A stretch of DNA of 45,000 bases from an uncultured Candidatus Saccharibacteria bacterium (GTDB lineage Bacteria; Patescibacteriota; Saccharimonadia; Saccharimonadales; JALRHH01), in contig CAZLJP010000005.1 in NCBI GenBank assembly GCA_964559915.1, positions 1 to 45,000 of the forward strand, given 5' to 3'. A program made the position numbers and the translations under genes. Below, one piece after another: positions 19,847 through 27,181 of this stretch. Under the pieces are notes generated by a model. That model ran no database searches, was not told where the DNA came from, and saw nothing but the letters and a program-made list of their open reading frames with translations. The number at the start of each line of letters is the position of its first letter. The first letter of the stretch is position 1.

Positions 19847-20429
19847 CAAAATGCTCCGCGAGTTCTCGCCAGCCGTTAACCCGTACCACGCCCTTTGGCA
19901 ACTTATCCATCTGATTCCAGGAGTAATCACCAAAGAGTACGCCTGGGACACCCGCCTCTGCGGCTTGAGTGATGTATTTAGATGAATCGTCTACCAGGAA
20001 TCCTGCTCCGATTTGCTTACAGACCTCTGCCTTGGTTCGAGCCTTGAGACTCGGGTCTTGCTCGTGCCCAACCATAATTAACTGAGAAAATGTGTTTGGA
20101 AAATGTCGTTCCAGCCACGCTTCGGTCGTGGGCCTAAATCGGGGGTCACGCGCAGTTAATAAGTATATGTCAAAGCGCTCTTTCAGACGCTTAACGCCAT
20201 CCTGTGCATCGAGAACAGGCTTAGCTAGGCCATGGTCCAGCCCGGTGAATTCGTAAATTTGTTCCATCGCTTTATCGATGCTCGTGCCCAAAACTTTTTC
20301 AAATTCGTAAGATGTGAAGTGTTCTGGTAGAAGGCCAGTAGCATACTTCTCGTTGTGATGAATAACAAACTCTTGAACATAAGGGAATAGAACTTCGTCT
20401 ATATCAACAGCTATTATTGGCTTGCTCAT
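19839..20429 (-). CDS. HAD-superfamily 5'(3')-deoxyribonucleotidase-like phosphatase
   Basis: 196 aa, IAVDIDEVL (DxDxV/T nucleophile motif). Confidence 0.7.
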   Translation of the reverse strand: MSKPIIAVDIDEVLFPYVQEFVIHHNEKYATGLLPEHFTSYEFEKVLGTSIDKAMEQIYEFTGLDHGLAKPVLDAQDGVKRLKERFDIYLLTARDPRFRPTTEAWLERHFPNTFSQLIMVGHEQDPSLKARTKAEVCKQIGAGFLVDDSSKYITQAAEAGVPGVLFGDYSWNQMDKLPKGVVRVNGWRELAEHFDV

Positions 20430-20435
20430 AAATCC

Positions 20436-22277
20436 CTAGAGCGAGCTCTTGGTGGTGCGACTCTTTGCTTCATGAGCAACGGACTTGAGGAAGTTATCAA
20501 AACTAAGCGGCTGATGTTCAGGCTGCACTTCCATATCTTTCCTGACTCTTGGGACAACCTGATTTGTGGTCATTTCTTTCTCACCAATCACTACGGTATA
20601 GGGAATCTTCCAGATCTCAGCATCACGGATTTTCTTACCAACGGACTCGTTGGCATTATCGACATTCACACGGAGGCCCAATTCCTTAGCCTGGGCTAAT
20701 ATCCTGCTAGCAAAGGCAACCGTGTCTGGCTCCTGATTAACGGAGATGAGTCGTATTTGTTCTGGAGCAATCCATACCGGGAACTTACCGGCCGTATGCT
20801 CAATATATACACTCATGAACCGCTCAATTGACCCTAGTAGCGCGGAATGAATCATCACGGGGCGTTCGGCTGAGCCACTCTCGGCAGTGTATTCCAAGCC
20901 AAAGCGTTCTGGCTGCACGAAATCAAGCTGTACGGTTGCGAGTTGGTGCTCACGACCAATGGCGTCACTGACCATAAAATCAATCTTCGGACCATAAAAT
21001 GCAGCTTCGCCTGTTTGCTCAAAATACTCGAGCTTGTTAGCGATAACAGCGTTTTTAAGCTGTTCCTGGGCAGTCTGCCACAGCGCCTCATCACCCAAGT
21101 ACGCATCGCTCTCATCACGATAGCTCAAGCGAGCCCGTAGTTTCATATCCATAGCCGTATAGAGTTGGTCTGCGCATGCCAGCAAGTTGTCTATCTCTGA
21201 TTCAATCTGGTCCTGGCGGCAAAACACATGACTATCATCTTGGGTCAGTGCCCTAACTCGGCTTAGGCCACCCAATTCTCCAGTTTTCTCGTCGCGATAA
21301 TCAGTAGTTGTTTCGAGATAGCGCACCGGCAGGTCCCGATAAGAACGGGGCTGGGCGGCATAAATACGGGTGTGGTGCGGACAGTTCATAGGTTTGAGGA
21401 CCAGCTCGTCACTCGTCTCTTGGCTGGTGACCAAAAATAGTTCGTCACCGAATTTTGCCCAGTGCCCGGATGCTTCATACAGGTCCTTTTTGGTCATGTG
21501 TGGTGTCCAGACTTTCTGGAAATCGTAGTTTTGCCTAAGCTGATTTGAGAATTCCGCAAGCTCTTCTCGGATTACCGTACCCCTAGGGGTAAATATAGGC
21601 AGCCCAGACCCGACCAGGTCAGATACTATAAACAAATCTAGCTCTTTGCCCAACTTGCGATGGTCGCGCTTCTTGGCCTCCTCTAACATATCGAGATGCT
21701 GCCGTAGTTCTTTGGGGGTGGCAAAAGCCACACCGTAAAGACGTTGTATCTGAGGATTCGTTTCTTTACCCCTCCAATAAGCACCCGCCACCCGCATCAG
21801 CTTGAATGCTCCAACCTTGCCCGTTGACTCGACATGTGGACCACGGCAAAGATCAGTAAAATCACCATTCTTATAGAAAGAAACTGTATCGATTGCGGTC
21901 TCACCTTCGGTAATAGTGCCCAGTTCAGCCGCGTCTAGGTCCTTGGCAACGGTGGTACCAGCCCGCTTCAAATCATTAAGCAGTTCTTCTTTATATGGCT
22001 GGCTGGCATCCTTGGCCCATGTAATAGCTTCGTCAACAGGTAGCTCAAACCTCTCAAATGACTGGTTAGCCTTGATAATCTCAGCCATTTTAGCCTCAAT
22101 AGCGGCAAAATCTTCTTCGGAAATCTTAGTCTCGCCAAGATCAATATCGTAATAAAACCCGTTCTCTACCACCGGCCCAACGCCCAGCTTAGCCCCTGGC
22201 CATAACGAAGTTACAGCAGTCGCCATGATATGCGCGAGTGAATGTCGCATTGGATGTAAGTCTTTGTGCTCTGCCAT
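20436..22277 (-). CDS. thrS: Threonyl-tRNA synthetase lacking the N-terminal TGS domain
   Basis: Starts MAEHKDLHPMRHSLAHIMA (editing-domain HxxxH). Class II motifs YRDEKTGELGGLSRVR and GSIERFMSVYIEH. GAGGAAG SD before the ATG at 22277; the track ORF to 22373 runs into the leader. Confidence 0.95.
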   Translation of the reverse strand: MAEHKDLHPMRHSLAHIMATAVTSLWPGAKLGVGPVVENGFYYDIDLGETKISEEDFAAIEAKMAEIIKANQSFERFELPVDEAITWAKDASQPYKEELLNDLKRAGTTVAKDLDAAELGTITEGETAIDTVSFYKNGDFTDLCRGPHVESTGKVGAFKLMRVAGAYWRGKETNPQIQRLYGVAFATPKELRQHLDMLEEAKKRDHRKLGKELDLFIVSDLVGSGLPIFTPRGTVIREELAEFSNQLRQNYDFQKVWTPHMTKKDLYEASGHWAKFGDELFLVTSQETSDELVLKPMNCPHHTRIYAAQPRSYRDLPVRYLETTTDYRDEKTGELGGLSRVRALTQDDSHVFCRQDQIESEIDNLLACADQLYTAMDMKLRARLSYRDESDAYLGDEALWQTAQEQLKNAVIANKLEYFEQTGEAAFYGPKIDFMVSDAIGREHQLATVQLDFVQPERFGLEYTAESGSAERPVMIHSALLGSIERFMSVYIEHTAGKFPVWIAPEQIRLISVNQEPDTVAFASRILAQAKELGLRVNVDNANESVGKKIRDAEIWKIPYTVVIGEKEMTTNQVVPRVRKDMEVQPEHQPLSFDNFLKSVAHEAKSRTTKSSL

Positions 22278-22469
22278 ATGTCTTCCTCTCTGGCCTCTAA
22301 AATTAAAAACGCACAAAACCATCTTCGGTCTGTGCGTATCGGGCCCCTGTAGAGGCTGTTCCACCGATATCATTTCACTCTTGCGACATTGGTTAACGTA
22401 CCTCTGTTGCCACTCCGACGAAGCTCTGTGGTTGGTGAAGCCACTTCACTGCTTAAGTCTTATTATACA
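22278..22469 (-). promoter_or_regulatory. T-box-like leader of thrS (promoter, antiterminator, intrinsic terminator)
   Basis: Extended -10 TGTATAAT (22469-22462). Antiterminator at 22369-22337: UAUCGG / 7-nt bulge UGGAACA / GCCUC-UACA-GGGGC / CCGAUA. Terminator ACGCACAGACC-GAAGAU-GGUUUUGUGCGU plus U-run at 22337-22299. Confidence 0.55.
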
Positions 22470-22489
22470 CCCAACCTGCCCCTGTAACG

Positions 22490-22518
22490 AAAAAGAAGGA
22501 CAGTGAGGTCCTTCTTTT
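22490..22518. terminator. Intrinsic terminator hairpin (better U-run on the minus strand)
   Basis: AAAAAGAAGGAC-AGTGAG-GTCCTTCTTTT. Confidence 0.65.
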
Positions 22519-22792
22519 ACGGTGCAGTTGGGTAATCTCGCATGGTATCCAACCGACATATCCTGAAGTGGTAAACCACTCTCAAAATCCCACCTAACAC
22601 CTATCATAGCATACTAGCCTTTTAATACTAGTACTTTATTATTGTTTTAATTACACTGCCCGTTATATAGAAAATATGTCCACCATACGTGTAACTTGAT
22701 AGCCTCTGTGTGGCATTGTAACCATGTCGTAAAAATCATTTATCATAAGCGACGTCACCCCTGGTATACAGCGTGGACAGTTGGCTAGCTTA

Positions 22793-23001
22793 TTGACACG
22801 AATCCGTCTAAGTGATAGCATACATGAGTTAATTTGGGAGGCGCTCAAGTTTTGAGTACCAAGACAAGTTCTCTTGAGGGCTTTCAGCTATTCTACGAAG
22901 AACTGAAGCCAACAAAGAACTCGATCAGTCGAATTCGACGCACTCGTCCATTAGCAACTGTCTAATATCGAGTGAAGCTCCGGAGCAATCCGGAGCTTTT
23001 T
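22793..23001 (+). ncRNA. Promoter-to-terminator unit (about 170 nt): structured sRNA or mRNA for a 37-aa sORF
   Basis: TTGACA (22793-22798), 17-nt spacer, TAGCAT (22816-22821). Terminator AGCTCCGG-AGCAAT-CCGGAGCT plus T5 (22976-23001). Possible sORF TTG 22852 to TAA 22965 behind GGGAGG (22836-22841). Confidence 0.35.
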
Positions 23002-23269
23002 ATATCCCTAGAATCATGCATCACCCCTGTAAAATATGGCAAAGCCAGCTCTTTGCAAGGGTTCTTGGCTCCATATCCAATTTTCTCTTGTGATACTCAC
23101 TTCACCGTACCATTTGTACGGCTCGTTGCGTTTCTCGGAGAGAAATTGAATCTGAAGCTCAAGTGCATGCTCCTAGGCCAGCAACATCACCCCTGTTTTT
23201 AATCTTATCCCCACATATTCACGTGGTTTTCCACTATACATTTTATAAGCGTTATGACAACATATAGTC

Positions 23270-23668
23270 ATGGTTTGTCCGTATTGTACTCAGAACACTG
23301 GAGTTATTAACTCACGGCATCAAAAGCGCGCCAATCAAGTGTGGCGCCGGCGTAAATGTTCAAACTGTGGCGCCGTTTTTACCACCACAGAGTCGATTGA
23401 CCTCAGTGGCGCCCTGCGCGTACGCAAAACTACTGGCCTAGAGCCATTCTTACGGGATACTTTGTTACTTAGCCTCTATGAGAGCCTGAAGCATAGAAAA
23501 AGCGCCCTACAGGACGCTACGGCGCTTACAGGCACTGTTATTTCAGCATTACACCCTCTAGCAGACGCTACTATTGTAGACCGTGATGTCATTACCACTG
23601 TTACGATTAGCATTCTAGAACGATTTGATAAGGCTGCGGCTACTCACTATCAGGCATTTCACCCCTAG
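23270..23668 (+). CDS. nrdR: Transcriptional repressor NrdR
   Basis: 132 aa, zinc ribbon CPYC...CSNCGAVFTTTE followed by an ATP-cone-like region. Confidence 0.9.
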   Translation: MVCPYCTQNTGVINSRHQKRANQVWRRRKCSNCGAVFTTTESIDLSGALRVRKTTGLEPFLRDTLLLSLYESLKHRKSALQDATALTGTVISALHPLADATIVDRDVITTVTISILERFDKAAATHYQAFHP

Positions 23669-23679
23669 AATAAGTAATC

Positions 23680-25290
23680 TTAGCTCTGTTTTTTATTATC
23701 GTCGGTTACAAAGGCCTTCTCTGTAACATCAAACTTACCCAGGTACCTGCCAAACATCAGTCGAGTCTGAGAGTACAGCGCTGATAAGGAGTTATAGCCA
23801 ATAGTCGTAATCGGTAACATGGCCCACTGCAGCACCATAAACACCGTACGGTGGTGTTTGTAGCGTGCCGGCTTAGGTGGTAATAGCTTTAGGCTGAGGA
23901 ACAAAGTAATAAAGATACCGCCGAGCGCTACCGTCTGAATACTACTGGCAATCTGCGGCAGCTGTACGGCGGCATAGTCCTGTGGGTTGAAGAATGCTGG
24001 GATAAAGGCGGCAAATGCCAGGATAAGCGGTGCTGTTGCCCAGCTGACATGTCCTTCTAGTAGACGCAAAAACTTAAAGAGCAGGTCGAGCCTCGGCACC
24101 TTGTTGGGGCGAAAATAGCCGGTTTCGAGGACATATGCCACATCAGATGCACCCCATGCCCAACGGCGAAGTTGGATGAATTGGGCTTTCAGGGTCTTGA
24201 GCAACGTACTCGACAATACTGCGTCCTGATACACGGGTAGATAGACTGGGTACACTTCGTAGTTACCGTCATAGGTGAAATAAGAGCGCCAGAACTGATG
24301 TCCGTCCTCTACGATGGTACGCACGCTCCAGTAATCGGTATCGAGCAACGCCTGCATACTCTGCGAGTGCGAGGAGAAATTACGAATCATGTGAGGCCGC
24401 AGACTCAACACCACATTCCAGAAGGTATTACCGGTAGCTATGACGCGCATAGGCGCTGGTGCATCCCAGATATTATTGGTAAACATCGGTACCGGTTGAT
24501 ACGATACGCGAATAGGGTCGGGCGCAGCAGCGTAGAGGTAGCTTACTGCCGACAGATAGTGTGGGTGTGGACGATTATCCGCATCCAAAGTCGTGACGAT
24601 TACACGTTTAGGGTCAATCTTCTGAGCAGTTATATACTTCTCTAGTTCACGACCAGCGTAGGTAATATTACCGCCCTTGCCTATGACCTCACCTGGGATA
24701 TCCTTGGGGTGCTCAACGGCGATGGCGTGCTTGAATTGGCTCTGGTATTTCTTCACTAGAGCTTGGGCATTCGCACCTACTTCGAGGCCACCACGCTCTT
24801 CGTATGCCAATACAAAAATTACTTTTTTCATATCATAGGTACTGTCTAACACCGTACGAATCGTCGGCTCAAGCACCTCAGGAGCCTCGTTGTACGTGGC
24901 AACAATAATCGCATGGAGCATGTCGTCTGGCTCAATTAACGGGGGTGTTTCTTGTAACCGGCGGACCGTTTCGTAATGCCAAGCCGGGATATGAGCCGAT
25001 GGCTGCGTGACTTTGCGCTCTTGCAACTCTGTGAGCAATCTGTCCCACGGCAATTTTTGATGCTGTTGTAGCCGACGATAGCCCTGGAGGGCACGAACGT
25101 TAAGCGATAGGGCCTTCACAAACCACAGCAACAGATAAGCAATAATGAAAAAGACTGTAGCATGGGGGCTAATCTGGCTCAGTATCAGCGGGAAAAGAAT
25201 AATTGACCAGCTGATTGCACCTGGCAGGATTTCAAACGCCCTATAGCGACGACCACGCTCCTCGACATAAGGTATTTCAATATCTTTCAT
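23680..25290 (-). CDS. Membrane-integrated processive family-2 glycosyltransferase (cellulose/chitin/hyaluronan-synthase-like)
   Basis: 536 aa. VATYNE, TLDADN, VEDG and QLRRWAWG (D, DxD, ED, QxxRW signature), flanked by N- and C-terminal TM helices. Confidence 0.85.
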   Translation of the reverse strand: MKDIEIPYVEERGRRYRAFEILPGAISWSIILFPLILSQISPHATVFFIIAYLLLWFVKALSLNVRALQGYRRLQQHQKLPWDRLLTELQERKVTQPSAHIPAWHYETVRRLQETPPLIEPDDMLHAIIVATYNEAPEVLEPTIRTVLDSTYDMKKVIFVLAYEERGGLEVGANAQALVKKYQSQFKHAIAVEHPKDIPGEVIGKGGNITYAGRELEKYITAQKIDPKRVIVTTLDADNRPHPHYLSAVSYLYAAAPDPIRVSYQPVPMFTNNIWDAPAPMRVIATGNTFWNVVLSLRPHMIRNFSSHSQSMQALLDTDYWSVRTIVEDGHQFWRSYFTYDGNYEVYPVYLPVYQDAVLSSTLLKTLKAQFIQLRRWAWGASDVAYVLETGYFRPNKVPRLDLLFKFLRLLEGHVSWATAPLILAFAAFIPAFFNPQDYAAVQLPQIASSIQTVALGGIFITLFLSLKLLPPKPARYKHHRTVFMVLQWAMLPITTIGYNSLSALYSQTRLMFGRYLGKFDVTEKAFVTDDNKKQS

Positions 25291-25296
25291 CGGGTC

Positions 25297-25653
25297 CTAT
25301 TGTAGTCCTGCTAATGCATTACCGACAATCAGCAGTAGTAAGAGCAAGAATAGTGCCAGCCACAGGATAGCCACAGCAAAATGACGACGGTGATGATACA
25401 TCCGCATGCTGAGTAGCACGTGCAAAATAAGCACAATCCCAGCAAACGCCACAAAGCTAATAAAGGTACTGGTTGAGCCTGGTTTAAATGCGCTGAGGCC
25501 TAGGTTGGCATGATACTGTCCGACAAAGCCTTCGGGGTTGCCTCCACGGAGACGTAAAAGCACCAGCAGGCTGCTACCAACAGCCAAAAAGGTGTTCAGA
25601 GTAATAAGTAGCAGAACCAGTCGGTCTTGAAAGTAATTCTTGGGTATGTGCAT
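25297..25653 (-). CDS. Small polytopic membrane protein (118 aa), probably co-transcribed with the GT2 synthase
   Basis: Three to four hydrophobic segments; its stop is 6 nt upstream of the GT2 start. Confidence 0.6.
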   Translation of the reverse strand: MHIPKNYFQDRLVLLLITLNTFLAVGSSLLVLLRLRGGNPEGFVGQYHANLGLSAFKPGSTSTFISFVAFAGIVLILHVLLSMRMYHHRRHFAVAILWLALFLLLLLLIVGNALAGLQ

Positions 25654-25676
25654 TAGTTCTAGTTTACAGGTTTTGA

Positions 25677-25751
25677 TGGTGCGAGTACAGGGAGTCGAAC
25701 CCTGGTCTCAACCTTGGGAAGGTCACATAATAGCCGTTATACGATACTCGC
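25677..25751 (-). tRNA. tRNA-Gly (anticodon CCC), CCA encoded
   Basis: Acceptor GCGAGTA/TACTCGC, anticodon loop TTCCCAA, T-arm CAGGG-TTCGACT-CCCTG. The D-stem is weak (3 bp). Confidence 0.85.
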
Positions 25752-25827
25752 TGGAGCCACCTAGGAGGGTCGAACTCCTGACCTACACGTTACGAATGTG
25801 TCGCTCTACCAACTGAGCTAAGGTGGC
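25752..25827 (-). tRNA. tRNA-Thr (anticodon CGT), discriminator U, CCA encoded
   Basis: GCCACCT TA GCTC AGTTGGTA GAGC; anticodon loop TTCGTAA; T-arm AGGAG-TTCGACC-CTCCT. Its 3' A abuts G1 of tRNA-Gly. Confidence 0.92.
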
Positions 25828-25887
25828 ACGATGTCTATTTGCTCAGTTGGTATCGCATGCGCCTATTTGATTTTGCAGCAAGCTGCG

Positions 25888-25905
25888 CAACTGAGCTAAG
25901 GTGGC
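25888..25905 (-). repeat. 18-nt copy of the tRNA-Thr 5' end (tRNA fragment)
   Basis: CAACTGAGCTAAGGTGGC at 25888-25905 is identical to 25810-25827. It also forms a 9-bp inverted repeat with GCTCAGTTG at 25842-25850. Confidence 0.85.
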
Positions 25906-26007
25906 GTATGACTGCAAGAACTATACCGTCTTCTCTGAGACGTTTCAAGCAACTGGTGTTGTATTTTACCCCTGTAAATGCTATCCTAGTCTTCGTATCA
26001 AATCGTT

Positions 26008-26084
26008 GGGCGATTAGCTCATTTGGCTAGAGCGCCACATTGACGTTGTGGAGGTGAAAGGTTCGAATCCTTTATCGCCCACCA
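26008..26084 (+). tRNA. tRNA-Val (anticodon GAC), CCA encoded
   Basis: GGGCGAT TA GCTC ATTTGGCTA GAGC; anticodon loop TTGACGT; T-arm AAAGG-TTCGAAT-CCTTT. Confidence 0.93.
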
Positions 26085-26154
26085 GCTATGGAAGTTGATT
26101 ATTACCTCTGTAACTGTTACGATTTGAAGCATTGTGTTCCGTACACATTCGCCT

Positions 26155-26230
26155 GGACCGGTGGAGCAGCGGAGTGCTCGCCTCCCTGTCACGGAGGAGG
26201 TCGCGGGTTCGAATCCCGTTCGGTCCGCCA
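26155..26230 (+). tRNA. tRNA-Asp (anticodon GTC), discriminator G, CCA encoded
   Basis: GGACCGG TG GAGC AGCGGAGT GCTC; anticodon loop CTGTCAC; T-arm GCGGG-TTCGAAT-CCCGT. Confidence 0.93.
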
Positions 26231-26232
26231 AG

Positions 26233-26262
26233 AAAAAAGACTCACATTCGTGAGTCTTTTTT
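26233..26262. terminator. Bidirectional terminator shared by the tRNA-Val/Asp unit and the mscS gene
   Basis: AAAAAAGACTCAC-ATTC-GTGAGTCTTTTTT. Confidence 0.8.
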
Positions 26263-26301
26263 CTTGTCCGCCTTCACAGGCGATACCCCGTTCGGCCATT
26301 A

Positions 26302-27171
26302 CTATTTTTTCTTGGGAGTAGTATCTTGCATCATCATCGGGCTCGTAGGCATCTCGATATGCGCCTTGGCAAAAGCTTCAATCAGACGAAGACGCAGCTC
26401 ACCAGTAACTTCCCACTGTGCAAGCGGCGTTACCTTACCCATAATTCTGACATCAACAGAAAATGGCCCAAAATTATCAACACGCACAAATTGTGGTGGC
26501 TCAATGACTTTGCTGGACCACTTTTCGTCTGCTGCCAGTGCCTTGCCTACTTTGTTCACAATTTCTGCTACTTTCTCGATATTACTGTCGTAAGCGACGC
26601 CAACGTTCAGTTTAATACCAGAGAATTCACTAGACATGTTTGAAGCTCTCATAATTGTGCCATTGGGTACATGATGTACAACACCGGCAGAGTCCCGCAG
26701 TTTTGTCTTGCGCAGAGTAATCTCCTCTACCGTGCCCATTGTGCCATCCAAATCAACCACATCACCCACACCGTATTGATTCTCAATGACTATAAACAAG
26801 CCTGCAATCATATCCTTGACCAGCGTCTGAGCGCCAAAACCAAGTGCCAGTCCAATAATGCCAGCACCAGCAATAAATGGTGCAATCTGTACGCCAAGCT
26901 GAGCTCCGATACTCAATATAACGAAGGGCCATACCATAATCTTGAGCATACGCGTGATGACTTCTGAGATGGTTTTTTCTCGCTTCATCTCTTCTGCCCG
27001 GGTCTGATGTTTAGAGGCACGGACCGTTCGAGCCACAGTGCCACGTATCAAACGTTCACCAAAATAGATGACGGCCATCGCGGCCAGCAAAATACAAGCA
27101 ACACCTACGAGAGTCCCTTGGTTGTCACTCAGCCACTGTGAAATGTCGGTCTGGATACTCATATTACCCAC
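26302..27171 (-). CDS. mscS: Small-conductance mechanosensitive channel (MscS family)
   Basis: 289 aa, three N-terminal TM helices, GDVVDLDGTMGTVEEITLRKTKLRD beta-domain motif. GTG start behind AAGGG. Confidence 0.88.
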   Translation of the reverse strand: MGNMSIQTDISQWLSDNQGTLVGVACILLAAMAVIYFGERLIRGTVARTVRASKHQTRAEEMKREKTISEVITRMLKIMVWPFVILSIGAQLGVQIAPFIAGAGIIGLALGFGAQTLVKDMIAGLFIVIENQYGVGDVVDLDGTMGTVEEITLRKTKLRDSAGVVHHVPNGTIMRASNMSSEFSGIKLNVGVAYDSNIEKVAEIVNKVGKALAADEKWSSKVIEPPQFVRVDNFGPFSVDVRIMGKVTPLAQWEVTGELRLRLIEAFAKAHIEMPTSPMMMQDTTPKKK

Positions 27172-27181
27172 CTACCCTTTG

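Noticed and set aside
22278-22373. N-terminal extensions in track ORFs: thrS to 22373, pilin-like gene to 34395, 28886 gene to 29581, rpmB from 17133, ATL to 19951, Xer from 30400, secreted protein to 44861
   Set aside because: In each case an internal ATG with an SD or -10 context matches the conserved protein N-terminus. The upstream codons run through leaders, promoters or neighbouring genes.
22520-22640. A second T-box-like string (GGTTGGATACCATGCG on the minus strand) followed by the 22490-22518 terminator
   Set aside because: No convincing A1/A2 antiterminator helices can be drawn, the UGG would be sequestered in a GUUGG/CCAAC helix, and no aminoacyl-tRNA synthetase gene follows.
22663-22848. 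61-aa minus-strand ORF containing CPRC
   Set aside because: It has a TTG start without an SD, overlaps a good plus-strand promoter, and shows no recognisable family. It is treated as non-coding pending expression data.
23231-23268. NrdR-box-like sequences upstream of nrdR (CCACTATACATTTTAT and ACAACATATAGTCAT)
   Set aside because: They match only about 12/16 and 9/16 positions of my recollection of the NrdR box consensus, and there are no nrd genes in the window for comparison. The evidence is too weak to call.
26019-26593. ORFs 26019-26231 (minus), 26088-26321 (plus) and 26132-26593 (plus)
   Set aside because: They overlap tRNA-Val, tRNA-Asp, the shared terminator and the antisense of mscS. 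They show no coding signal.
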